A stretch of DNA of 64,000 nucleotides from Acidimicrobiales bacterium (GTDB taxonomy: Bacteria > Actinomycetota > Acidimicrobiia > Acidimicrobiales > Palsa-688), in assembly GCA_035294565.1 (NCBI GenBank), contig DATGKR010000009.1, forward strand, positions 7,193-71,192, written 5' to 3'. Made by a program: the position numbers and the translations under genes. Positions 1-8,356 of this stretch are shown here, one piece after another. The first letter of the stretch is position 1. Each line of letters begins with the position of its first letter. The notes below the pieces were generated by a model that worked only from the letters and a program-made list of their open reading frames with translations, did not search any database and was not told the origin of the DNA.

Positions 1-615
1 AGTCTCCGGCCGGACGTCGTAGCCGGTGACGACCGCGCCGAGCCGCCTGGCGGTGCCGATGGCTGAGAGGCCGGCCACGCCCGCGCCCAGAACGAGCACC
101 CGGGCGGGACGCGAGGTGCCGGCGGCGGTGATGAGCATCGGGAAGTAGCGGCCGAAGGCCTCGGCCGCCACCAGCGCCGCCTTGTAGCCTGCGACGCTCG
201 CCTGGGAGGTGAGCACGTCCAGAGCCTGCGCCCGGCTGAGCGTCCGGGGGAGCCGCTCTAGGGTCACAGCCACGACGCCCCGCCGGGCCAGCTCGCCGGA
301 CAGCTCGGGTTCGCCGTTGAGGGCGAGCAGGCCGACGACGGCTTGGCCCGCCCGCAGCCGCGCCAGCGTGTCGGGCGGGGGGCGCGAGATGCACAAGAGG
401 ACGTCCCCTTTGTCCAGAACCTCCTCACGGGAGGCGATCGACGCGCCGGCGTCCACGTACGCCTCGTCGGGGTACCACGCCCGGGCGCCGGCCCCCCGCT
501 CGACCAGCGCCGAGAGGCCCGAGCGCGAAAGGCGGCGCACTCCTTCGGGCACCAGGGCAACCCGCCGTTCGCCCTCGGTCTCATCGGAGAGAACCCCAAC
601 CGTCGTCACCTTCAT
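1..615 (-). CDS. pntA: NAD(P) transhydrogenase subunit alpha (PntA/PntAA), N-terminal part; 3' end beyond window edge
   Basis: Not in the ORF track because it runs off the window. My translation of the minus strand from ATG (complement of 613-615) gives MKVTTVGVLSDETEGERRVALVPEGVRRLSRSGLSALVERGAGARAWYPDEAYVDAGASI...QASVAGYKAALVAAEAFGRYFPMLITAAGTSRPARVLVLGAGVAGLSAIGTARRLGAVVTGYDVRPE. This is the alanine-dehydrogenase/PNT fold with a GAGVAG Rossmann motif. Confidence 0.8.
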   Translation of the reverse strand, partial: MKVTTVGVLSDETEGERRVALVPEGVRRLSRSGLSALVERGAGARAWYPDEAYVDAGASIASREEVLDKGDVLLCISRPPPDTLARLRAGQAVVGLLALNGEPELSGELARRGVVAVTLERLPRTLSRAQALDVLTSQASVAGYKAALVAAEAFGRYFPMLITAAGTSRPARVLVLGAGVAGLSAIGTARRLGAVVTGYDVRPET

Positions 616-1804
616 GCCCGGCGACGGTACCGCAACGACAGGTAGGTTGACCTACGTGGAGAGGGACCTGTTCGAAGCCGAGCACCACGAGCTGCGGGCC
701 AGCTTCCGGGCCTGGCTCGACAAGGAGGTGGTGCCCCGCCAGGCGGAGTGGGATGCGGCCGGCATCGTCCCCCGCTCGCTGTTCACCGAGGCCGGCCGGC
801 ACGGCTTCCTCGCCATGGCCGTACCCGAGGAGTTCGGGGGGGGAGGGGTCGACGACTTCCGGCACAACCTGGTGATCCTCGAGGAGGTCCAGGCCGCGGG
901 TGTCGCCGGCGCGGGCCTGGGCCTCACGCTCCACAACGACATCGCCCTGCCCTACTTCCTCCGCTACTGCGACGCTGAGCAGAAGGCCCGCTGGCTACCG
1001 GGCATCGCCAGCGGGGATCTGGTCACAGCGATCGCCATGACCGAGCCCGGGATGGGCTCGGACCTGGCTTCCATGGCGACGACCGCCCGGCGCGACGGCG
1101 ACTGCTACGTGGTGAACGGGTCCAAGACCTTCATCACCAACGGGATCAACGCCGATCTGGTGATAACAGCGGTCAAGACGGATCCCTCGCAGCGTCACAA
1201 GGGGATCTCCCTGCTGGTCCTCGAGCGGGGGATGGAAGGTTTCGAGCGGGGCCGCAACCTCGAGAAGATCGGCCAGCACGCCCAGGACACAGCCGAGCTG
1301 TTCTTCAACGACGTGCGGGTCCCTGCGACGAACCTGCTGGGCGAGGAGGGCCAGGGTTTCGTCCAGCTCGTCTCGAACCTCCCCCAGGAGCGCCTCTCGA
1401 TAGCCGCCGGGGGAGTCGCGGCGGCCAGGGCCGCCCTCGGCTGGACCCTCGACTACGTCAAGGAGCGCCGGGCGTTCGGCCAACCGATCGGCTCGTTCCA
1501 GAACTCGCGCTTCGTCCTGGCCGAGGTGGCGACCGAGGTGCAGGTAGCCCAGGCGTTCGTGGACCGCTGCGTCGTGGCCCTCAACGCCGGGGCTCTGACA
1601 GCCGAGGACGCCGCGATGGCCAAGTGGTGGTGCACGGAGCTGCAGAAGAGGGCGGTGGACCGTTGTCTGCAGCTCTTCGGCGGGTACGGGTACATGCTCG
1701 AGTACCCGATAGCCCGCGCGTACGCAGACGCGCGGATAACGACCATCTACGGCGGGACCACCGAGATCATGAAGGAGATCGTCGGCCGCTCGCTCGGCCT
1801 CTAG
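614..1804 (+). CDS. acyl-CoA dehydrogenase
   Basis: Frame of track ORF 209..1804. The first ~135 codons are R/S/P-rich and overlap pntA, so I take the start at ATG 614; GTG 656 (VERDLFEAEHHEL) is equally possible. Classic ACAD motifs are present: TEPGMGSDLASM, GSKTFITNG, FGGYGYMLEYPIARAYADARITTIYGGTTEIM. Confidence 0.87.
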   Translation: MPGDGTATTGRLTYVERDLFEAEHHELRASFRAWLDKEVVPRQAEWDAAGIVPRSLFTEAGRHGFLAMAVPEEFGGGGVDDFRHNLVILEEVQAAGVAGAGLGLTLHNDIALPYFLRYCDAEQKARWLPGIASGDLVTAIAMTEPGMGSDLASMATTARRDGDCYVVNGSKTFITNGINADLVITAVKTDPSQRHKGISLLVLERGMEGFERGRNLEKIGQHAQDTAELFFNDVRVPATNLLGEEGQGFVQLVSNLPQERLSIAAGGVAAARAALGWTLDYVKERRAFGQPIGSFQNSRFVLAEVATEVQVAQAFVDRCVVALNAGALTAEDAAMAKWWCTELQKRAVDRCLQLFGGYGYMLEYPIARAYADARITTIYGGTTEIMKEIVGRSLGL

Positions 1805-3543
1805 CCGGGCGGCGTGCGGCGGGAACGCCAACGACCAAGAGCGGTCATGGCCACCCACGCGCCGCCCGGGATCACCAGGGCCAGGGCCACCAAAGATCCC
1901 TCCTCGACGGTGTTCAACCCCCGCTTCAGCGGCGGAAGGACGTAGACGGCGGCCACGAGCTGCACGGGTCGGCCTTCGGGCGTCACCCCCGCCGCAACGA
2001 AGCTGTGGTGGCCGGGCGACGCCCGGGGGGGCACGGTCACCGCCGCCGAGAAGCCTCCGGTGCTGTCAGCGCGCACCTTGGCCATCACGGCGGGTTTGGA
2101 ATGGAAGCTGACGACGACGAGGCTCCCCGGCGCGAAGCCCTCCCCCGAGAGGTGGACCGTGGTCCCCGGTCTGACGTCGTCGGCGCTAGCCCGCAGGGAG
2201 AGGGGCCCTGCGGACCGGGTGGATCTAGGGGCCACGGTGGTGGTCGTGACAGTGCTGTGCCCGTGGGGCGCGGTGGTAGGCGCGACGGTGGTGGTGGTGG
2301 ATCGGGCGGTTTGGGTCGTGGTCGAAGCCGATGGGGCGGTGGTCGTCGTGGTGGTCGCCGAAGGTTCTGGTAGCGAAACGGTTGCGAGGTCGGTGTCGGC
2401 GAAGACCACACCACCGGCGCCGATCCCGCCGAAGACCGTCGCTCCGGGCAGGCGGGGGTCGAAACCCCAGGCCGCTCCGACCCTGGCGGGCGGCTCGGCG
2501 CTGGACACCTTCGCCTGCACCCAGTCGCCGTGGGTCCACACCCAGGTGTCCCCGAGCGCGCCTGACACTCCCTCTCCGTAGCAGAGCAGCGCACCCGACG
2601 CGCCCGGCGCGTCGGTGAAGACAGCGCCTGTCCTCGGCGGTGGGGAAGCCGACGGCCGCCGTTGCGACCAGGTGGTCCCGTTCCAGGTCCACGTGTCCGA
2701 GACCAAGGTGGCCGGATTGGCCCCCGACGGTGACGTCTCGCCCGAGAAGAGGACCGTCTGGTGGTCGGTCGAGTCCCAGGTGAACGCCGCCCCGGAGCGG
2801 GCCGGGGGTCCCGGCGCGTCGGAGAGCGCCCACTTCTGTCCGTTCCAGATCCAGGTGTCGCCGAGCACCTTCGTGGCCCCGTCCTGGCTGGCGGAGGTAG
2901 TGCTCGGCCCCGGCGAGCCGGCGGAGGCCGAGGGCGCGTAGCCGGTGCCTCCGAAGAGCACGAGGTCCCCCGCAGCGTCGTAGGCGAGGGAGGCCTGTTC
3001 GCGCGGGGCCGGGCCGTCCGGCAGGGACGCAGCGATCTCGTACCACGACAGTCCGTTCCACGCCCAGGTGTCGCCCAGCAGCTGCCCGCCGGCGCCTCGA
3101 CCCCCGAAGAGGATCAGCTGGTGCAGCGCCGGGTCGAAGGCCATCGATGCCATCTCCCGGGCCGGCGGTGCTGAACCCGACGCCTCCGACCAGGTCCGCC
3201 CGTCCCATATCCATGTGCTGTCCGAAAGTGCGCCGCTCGCCTCCACCCCGCCGAAGACCACGAGGTCGCCCTGGTCGGCGTCGAAGGCCGCGGCCGCGTA
3301 CCCGAGCGGGGGAGGGGACGCGGCGGGGTGCAGAACCGACCACTGGACCATCGGGACCATCGGGGCCGGTGCGGCTGCGGCCGCGGCGGCGATCCCGGGC
3401 CAGCTGGCGAGGGCGGCGAGCGCGGCGCCCGCGCAGGTCGCCGCTGCGGCGCCCAGGCGGCGGGCCCTGCCGAACGCCCCCGCATAGGCGGCGATCAGGC
3501 GGGCAGGTCGAGACTCGGACCGTTGTCGGAACGACGCTGGCAT
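1801..3543 (-). CDS. Kelch-repeat beta-propeller surface protein with S/T-rich linker, Ig-like module and C-terminal membrane anchor
   Basis: 580-aa ORF with an N-terminal signal-like segment (AGAALAALASWPGIAAAAAAA). The Kelch signature recurs five times (DSTWIWDGRTWSE, GDTWAWNGLSWYE, GDTWIWNGQKWAL, SDTWTWNGTTWSQ, GDTWVWTHGDWVQ) with FGG strands. A T/S/P linker (ATTTTTTAPSASTTTQT..) follows. The C-terminal hydrophobic stretch LVALALVIPGGAWVAMTAL is followed by RWRSRR. Confidence 0.7.
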   Translation of the reverse strand: MPASFRQRSESRPARLIAAYAGAFGRARRLGAAAATCAGAALAALASWPGIAAAAAAAPAPMVPMVQWSVLHPAASPPPLGYAAAAFDADQGDLVVFGGVEASGALSDSTWIWDGRTWSEASGSAPPAREMASMAFDPALHQLILFGGRGAGGQLLGDTWAWNGLSWYEIAASLPDGPAPREQASLAYDAAGDLVLFGGTGYAPSASAGSPGPSTTSASQDGATKVLGDTWIWNGQKWALSDAPGPPARSGAAFTWDSTDHQTVLFSGETSPSGANPATLVSDTWTWNGTTWSQRRPSASPPPRTGAVFTDAPGASGALLCYGEGVSGALGDTWVWTHGDWVQAKVSSAEPPARVGAAWGFDPRLPGATVFGGIGAGGVVFADTDLATVSLPEPSATTTTTTAPSASTTTQTARSTTTTVAPTTAPHGHSTVTTTTVAPRSTRSAGPLSLRASADDVRPGTTVHLSGEGFAPGSLVVVSFHSKPAVMAKVRADSTGGFSAAVTVPPRASPGHHSFVAAGVTPEGRPVQLVAAVYVLPPLKRGLNTVEEGSLVALALVIPGGAWVAMTALGRWRSRRTPPG

Positions 3544-3576
3544 GACAATACGGGTGGTCCAGGCGGAGCCTGGTCG

Positions 3577-3647
3577 AGCGGGCGACGGGAGTCGAACCCG
3601 CGTAACCAGCTTGGAAGGCTGGAGCTCTACCGTTGAGCTACGCCCGC
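3577..3647 (-). tRNA. tRNA-Gly (anticodon UCC)
   Basis: The reverse complement folds as a cloverleaf: GCGGGCG-TA-GCTC-AACGGTA-GAGC-T-CCAGC-CTTCCAA-GCTGG-TTAC-GCGGG-TTCGACT-CCCGT-CGCCCGC-T. Anticodon loop CTTCCAA gives TCC. 71 nt, CCA not encoded. Confidence 0.9.
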
Positions 3648-3718
3648 GACCAGGTGGATCCTAGTTGCCTCGGCCCCTCGTTTTCGCAGATGGAGGACTT
3701 TGGGGCCTTCGTGGCAAA

Positions 3719-4276
3719 ATGTCCCTGATCATGGGGGTTCTCGGGAGGATTCTGGCTTGGGGTGTCGCAGCGCTCCTCGCCGCGGGCGCCGTCGCGTCGG
3801 TGACCCTGCCCGCTGCGGCGCTCCCGGCGATCGGGACCGGTCGGGTGCTGCCCGCGTCAGCGCTCCGCGCCTTACTGGGCTCGACCCCCGCCCTGCCGGC
3901 CAGGTCCGCTCTAACCCGCACCGCTCCGCCGTCACGGCCGGCCGCGTCCGCGCCTTCTGCGATGACCGGAGGCGGTCCACCGCCGGCACCGACGCCATCC
4001 GGGAACGGCGGCGCACCCGGCTACGGATGCGCCGCGGCCATCGAATGGCTCACCTATCACGCCGCCCCCGGGTTCTCGTTCGTCTGCCCGGGCAACGGCC
4101 TCGGCGGTCAGGCCTTCACCTGCCAGAACGTACCCGGCGTGTGCCCGAACAACGAGCGCCTCATTGTCATCGCCGATCCCTGCCCCGCCGCCTACAAGAA
4201 CGAGGCGTGGAACTCCTGGGTGGTGGAGGGACTGGTCGACGGGCCCTACGACCCCTTCGGCTGGTGCCCCACGTAG
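3719..4276 (+). CDS. secreted cysteine-rich protein of unknown function
   Basis: Frame of track ORF 3665..4276; start chosen at MSLIMGVLGRILAWGVAALLAAGAVASV (signal peptide). An A/P/S-rich spacer follows. The C-terminal ~85 aa contain six Cys (GYGC..FVCPG..FTCQNVPGVCPNN..DPCPAAY..GWCPT). I recognise no family. Confidence 0.5.
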   Translation: MSLIMGVLGRILAWGVAALLAAGAVASVTLPAAALPAIGTGRVLPASALRALLGSTPALPARSALTRTAPPSRPAASAPSAMTGGGPPPAPTPSGNGGAPGYGCAAAIEWLTYHAAPGFSFVCPGNGLGGQAFTCQNVPGVCPNNERLIVIADPCPAAYKNEAWNSWVVEGLVDGPYDPFGWCPT

Positions 4277-4300
4277 CGGAGAGCCGGCCCCGCAACCGGC

Positions 4301-5614
4301 TCAAAGGGGCCCCGCGGCGGTCGGCGTCTCGGTCGCGCGGTCCTCTCTGACGGGACCACGGTCACGCATCTCCACCGCATGCCAGGAGACCTCCATGCGG
4401 GCGCCCCCGAGGGGGGAGTCGCCTACGCTCCAGCGGCCTCCTGTCGCCCGGACGACCGAGTCGGCGATGGCCAAACCGAGGCCCGCGCCGCTGCCTATGT
4501 CGGTACCACGATGGAACCGATCGAACAGGCGGTGACGTTCCCCGGGCGGTATCCCGGGGCCGTTGTCTTCGACGACGAGCGCAATCCTGCCGCCTCTGGC
4601 CCCGAGGACGCCGAGCTGGACCCTGCCGCCCTCGCCGGCGTAACGGCAGGCGTTGTCGACCAGCACGCCGAGGAGGCGGTCGAGGTCCTCGGGCGCCGCT
4701 CTCACGCACAGGGGCCCCGGCGCCTCGTGGCGCAAAGCGAGTTCGACCCGGTAGGAGCGGGCCAGCGCAGCGAACCGCTCAGCGCAGCCCTCCGCGAGCG
4801 TCACGAGGTCCACCAGCTCCTCGCGGGGGATCGGAGGGCCTGAGTCGAAACGGGCCAGCCACAGCAGGTCCTCGACGATGCGTCGCAGCCGGCCGCTTTC
4901 CTCGCGGACGCGCTCGAAGGTCTGGCGCCACGCGTGGTCCCCGGGAGAGCACAGAGCCAGGCTCACCTCCGCTTCGATGACGCTCAGCGGGGTCCGCAAC
5001 TCGTGGGAGGCGTCCGCAGTGAACTCCAGCTGGCGCCGGCGTGCCTCTTCGATGGGACGGGATGCCTTCAGCCCGATGGCCAGGGCTCCGAAGAAAACGG
5101 CCACCACGAAGATCGAGCCTCCGATCGTTTCGACCGCCGCCAGGACGCCTTCTATGTGGTTCGACTCGGCGAGGCTCTGTCCCGCGACGAGCCAGCCTCC
5201 GGCGGTGCGCACGGCGAGCAGCCTGAAGCTGCCGTGGCCCAGCCTGGCCGTGACTGGATGGCCCGACGGCGACCAGGCCCCCTCGGGCAGGCGCGGGGCA
5301 CCGAGTTCGAGAGGAGCCGGCGCCCCTTCCCTGCCCGCACGCCACAAGAAGATCGGGGCGGCGTCGATGTCGGAGTCACCACGCTCGGATGCCGTCGGGT
5401 TCGACTGGTCGATGGCGGCCACCGCCAGACGGTCACGGAGCCGACCATCGACCGTGCTGAGCAAGTGGCCGCCGTCCACCAGGTCGAAGGTGACGCTCAG
5501 CGCCGAGAACAGGACGGCAATGACGACGGCGGCGGCTGCAGCGACCCTGGTCGCGTGGCGCAGCTCGGGCCGGCGTCGGAGCAGCGACGCCACTCCTGGA
5601 ACCCTGCCCGTCAT
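4301..5614 (-). CDS. sensor histidine kinase (two TM segments, extracytoplasmic sensor, HisKA + HATPase_c)
   Basis: 437-aa ORF. H-box FTADASHELRTPLSVIEAEVSLAL. N/G boxes LVDNACRYAGEGG, VEDNGPGIP, GSGAGLGLAIA. Hydrophobic segments AAAAVVIAVLFSALSV and GGSIFVVAVFFGALAIGL flank a ~130-aa loop. Its start overlaps the response-regulator stop by 4 nt. Confidence 0.87.
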   Translation of the reverse strand: MTGRVPGVASLLRRRPELRHATRVAAAAAVVIAVLFSALSVTFDLVDGGHLLSTVDGRLRDRLAVAAIDQSNPTASERGDSDIDAAPIFLWRAGREGAPAPLELGAPRLPEGAWSPSGHPVTARLGHGSFRLLAVRTAGGWLVAGQSLAESNHIEGVLAAVETIGGSIFVVAVFFGALAIGLKASRPIEEARRRQLEFTADASHELRTPLSVIEAEVSLALCSPGDHAWRQTFERVREESGRLRRIVEDLLWLARFDSGPPIPREELVDLVTLAEGCAERFAALARSYRVELALRHEAPGPLCVRAAPEDLDRLLGVLVDNACRYAGEGGRVQLGVLGARGGRIALVVEDNGPGIPPGERHRLFDRFHRGTDIGSGAGLGLAIADSVVRATGGRWSVGDSPLGGARMEVSWHAVEMRDRGPVREDRATETPTAAGPL

Positions 5615-6279
5615 GCGGCGAGAATCCGGTAGCCCACGCCGCGTACGGTCTCGATCCGGACCCTACCGCCGACCAGCTTCGCTCTCAGACGCGACAGGTG
5701 GACGTCGATGGTGTTGGACCCGAGCGCATCGGCCTCGTCCTCCCAGACGTGCAAGGCGATCGCCCGGCGCCCGACGACCGCGGGGGAACGGCGGAGCAGC
5801 AGCTCGAGGATCCCGAGCTCCACGCTGGTGAGGGTGCACTCACGTGACGCCACGCGAACCCGCCGGGTGGCGGGCTCGAACTCGAGGTCTCCGAGGTAGA
5901 GGCTCACCGGCTGAAGTGCCGGGGAGCGGCGCTGCAGCGCCCGAAGCCGCGCGAGGAGCTCGCCGAAGTCGAAAGGTTTGACCAGGTAGTCGTCTGCCCC
6001 GGCGTCGAGGCCGGCCACCTTGTCGGCAGCCGTGTCGCGGGCGGTCAGGAGGAGCACCGGCAGGGCGCTCCCGCGTTGGCGGATCCTCTGCAACACGTCC
6101 AGTCCCGACACGCCGGGCATACGCCAGTCGAGCACCGCCACCTCGTACTCGTAGCTCCGCAGGAAGCCCAGCGCCCGCTCGCCGTCCTCGACCGCGTCGA
6201 CGACGTAACCGTGCTTCCTGAGGCCCCGCTCGAGCACCGACCGCAAACCGGCGTCGTCCTCTGCGAGCAGCACGCGCAC
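5611..6279 (-). CDS. OmpR-family response regulator
   Basis: 222 aa. Receiver domain MRVLLAEDDAGLRSVLERGL...AVLDWRMPGVSG...LLLTARD...VKPF. Winged-helix output TLTSVELGILELLLRR...NTIDVHLSRLRAKL...IETVRGVGYRI. Confidence 0.92.
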   Translation of the reverse strand: MRVLLAEDDAGLRSVLERGLRKHGYVVDAVEDGERALGFLRSYEYEVAVLDWRMPGVSGLDVLQRIRQRGSALPVLLLTARDTAADKVAGLDAGADDYLVKPFDFGELLARLRALQRRSPALQPVSLYLGDLEFEPATRRVRVASRECTLTSVELGILELLLRRSPAVVGRRAIALHVWEDEADALGSNTIDVHLSRLRAKLVGGRVRIETVRGVGYRILAA

Positions 6280-6285
6280 TGCCGG

Positions 6286-6441
6286 CTACAACTCGTGCCG
6301 GTGGCGGTCGCACGAACCCGCGAAGGGCAGAGGGTGGCCGTTCTTCAGGCGCTCGTCAGCCTGCAGGACTCGCCACGTCGCCGAGCGGTCAGCCGCCTCC
6401 CCCTCCGAGGGCGCCTGCTGCGACAGCCGGTATTCGGCCAT
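6286..6441 (-). CDS. possible small ORF (51 aa from ATG 6441; 77 aa if the track start 6519 is used) upstream of the response regulator
   Basis: Open frame ending 7 nt before the RR start: MAEYRLSQQAPSEGEAADRSATWRVLQADERLKNGHPLPFAGSCDRHRHEL. I see no recognisable domain and no clear RBS. It may be non-coding leader or promoter DNA. Confidence 0.2.
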   Translation of the reverse strand: MAEYRLSQQAPSEGEAADRSATWRVLQADERLKNGHPLPFAGSCDRHRHEL

Positions 6442-6536
6442 GCGAGCGATGGTACTGCGCTGTCGGCGGTTCTCGTGGGCCTTCACGCTTCCGTCAGGTT
6501 GCCCCAGTAGGTTCCACATCGCGTGCTGAGGATCTC

Positions 6537-7922
6537 GTGTCTTCGATAACCTTTGAGCCGGTCACAGCCGGCGGCGGCAGGCGCCAGGCCTCGCCGTCGC
6601 GCCCTGGGCCCCGGCCGCGGCCGTGGACCGTCGACGTTGCTACCGTCGTCGTGGGGCTGGGTTTCGGTGCCACCGTAGGAGCGGCCCTGACGGCAGAAAC
6701 ACGTTCGCAGCTCTCGGGACCCGGAGGGCCGGAGATATTTCTCGGGAGCTTCACGGGTCTCGCAGGAACCTATCTGGCTCTGGTGATGGTGCTCCTCGTC
6801 AGCCGGGTGCCGCTGGTGGAGCGCGTCTTGGGCCAGGACGGTTTGCTGCGCTGGCACCGCCGCCTTTCGCCGTGGCCCCTCGGCCTGATCTTCGCCCATG
6901 TGCTCCTGGTGACCGACGGGTACGCTCTGGCCGCTCGGACGGGTGTGCTTCACGAGCTCGGCGCGCTGGCCAGCAGCTCGGCGGGGATGGCGGCCGCCAC
7001 GGTCGCCATCGAGCTGATGGTGGTCGTCGCCGTTTCGTCGATCCGCCAGGTTCGCCGGCGCCTGCGCCGCGAGACCTGGTGGCGTCTTCACCTGTTCATG
7101 TACATGGCGCTGGCTCTCGCGTTCGTGCACGAGATAGCGCTCGGCCCTTCTTTCGTGCAGCACCCCCTTGCGCGGGTCGTGTGGTCCCTGGCCTGGGTGG
7201 CGACCGCCGGGCTGGTGGTCACCTATCGCCTCGGGCTTCCCCTCGTGCGCACCTTGCGTCACCGCCTTCGGGTGGTGGAGGTTCGACCGGAGGCCCCCGG
7301 CGTCGTGTCGGTCATCTGCAGCGGGCGCCATCTCGATCGCCTCGCCATCTCAGGTGGCCAGTTCTTCGAGTGGCGGTTCCTGGTGCGGGGCATGTGGTGG
7401 CAGGCACATCCGTTCACGGTGTCGGCGCGCCCGCGCCCCCCCTACCTACGCCTGACCGTCAAGTTGGTCGGCGACTTCACCGAGGCAGTCGCAAGGCTGC
7501 GCCCCGGTACCAAGGTGGCCATAGAGGGACCCTATGGTGCTTTCTCCGTCCACGCCGGGCGGCGACGGAGCGCCGTCCTGTTCGCGGGCGGCATCGGGGT
7601 GACCGCTGTGCGCGCCCTCCTCGAGGACATGCCCGCGCGCTCCCAGCCGATCGTGTTGATCCGCAGCTCGAGCTCCGATGCGCTCGCGCTGGACGACGAG
7701 ATAGCCGAGCTGGTCCGACACCGCAAAGGCCGCGTGGAGCGGATCTTGGGTCCGCGCGACGAGGTCTCTTTGGAGCGGAGCATCCTCAGGCTCGTACCCA
7801 ACCTTCAAACTCGAGACTTCTATGTGTGCGGGCCTGAAGGCTTCGTCGAGGAGGTGAGGCGCGCCCTGGCCCACCTCGGTGTGCGGAAGGACGCCGTCCA
7901 CTTCGAGGCGTACAGCCTGTGA
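6537..7922 (+). CDS. NOX/FRE-like ferric-reductase-domain membrane protein with FAD- and NAD(P)H-binding domains
   Basis: 461 aa. Multiple TM helices carry two His pairs (WHRRLSPWPLGLIFAH and LHLFMYMALALAFVH). FAD motif HPFTVSARP. Nucleotide-binding motif LFAGGIGVTAVRAL. Confidence 0.82.
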   Translation: MSSITFEPVTAGGGRRQASPSRPGPRPRPWTVDVATVVVGLGFGATVGAALTAETRSQLSGPGGPEIFLGSFTGLAGTYLALVMVLLVSRVPLVERVLGQDGLLRWHRRLSPWPLGLIFAHVLLVTDGYALAARTGVLHELGALASSSAGMAAATVAIELMVVVAVSSIRQVRRRLRRETWWRLHLFMYMALALAFVHEIALGPSFVQHPLARVVWSLAWVATAGLVVTYRLGLPLVRTLRHRLRVVEVRPEAPGVVSVICSGRHLDRLAISGGQFFEWRFLVRGMWWQAHPFTVSARPRPPYLRLTVKLVGDFTEAVARLRPGTKVAIEGPYGAFSVHAGRRRSAVLFAGGIGVTAVRALLEDMPARSQPIVLIRSSSSDALALDDEIAELVRHRKGRVERILGPRDEVSLERSILRLVPNLQTRDFYVCGPEGFVEEVRRALAHLGVRKDAVHFEAYSL

Positions 7923-8356
7923 GACGTGCACCGTTGTTCGCGGCCGCGGGCGCAGCGGGTCTGGCAGCTGTTGTGTTGTCCCACCCAGGCAAGCCCGCCG
8001 TCGGCAAGCCGACGGCGACCCGGACCGCCGCCTCTCCTCAACCCTCGGGTCCAGCCAGCGGCCCCACGGCGAACGCGACGGGCACGGCGACCGGCAAGCC
8101 CGAGAACTACGGCTACGGCACGCTTGCCGTCAGCGTCACCGCAGCGAACGGGCGGATCGTCCAAGTGTCGGTGCCGCAGCTCCACACCATCGATTCCTAC
8201 TCGCAGTACATCGCCCAGCAGGTGGTGCCGATACTGCGGCGCCAGGTCCTGAGCGTCCAGAACGCAAACATCCAAGGAGTATCGGGTGCCAGCTACACGA
8301 GCGCGGCCTTCGCCTACTCCCTGCAGTCTGCTCTCGCCAAGCTCGGCATGAAGTGA
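7919..8356 (+). CDS. membrane-anchored FMN-binding domain protein (flavinylation target)
   Basis: 145 aa. N-terminal anchor MRRAPLFAAAGAAGLAAVVL, then a P/T/S/A linker. FMN_bind-like core YGTLAVSVTAANGRIVQVSV...IQGVSGASYTSAAF carries the [S/T]GA[S/T] motif. GTGA overlap with the upstream gene. Confidence 0.75.
   Translation: MRRAPLFAAAGAAGLAAVVLSHPGKPAVGKPTATRTAASPQPSGPASGPTANATGTATGKPENYGYGTLAVSVTAANGRIVQVSVPQLHTIDSYSQYIAQQVVPILRRQVLSVQNANIQGVSGASYTSAAFAYSLQSALAKLGMK

Noticed and set aside
209-613. N-terminal 135-codon extension of the acyl-CoA dehydrogenase ORF
   Set aside because: The extension is S/R/P/T-rich and lies entirely opposite the well-supported pntA coding sequence. The ACAD homology only begins near 614-656.
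1801-1804. Convergent gene pairs sharing the tetranucleotide CTAG as overlapping stop codons, here and again at 53759-53762 (kgd/HAD)
   Set aside because: TAG read on both strands of the palindrome CTAG is a simple consequence of compact convergent genes. Two occurrences are not evidence of a functional element.
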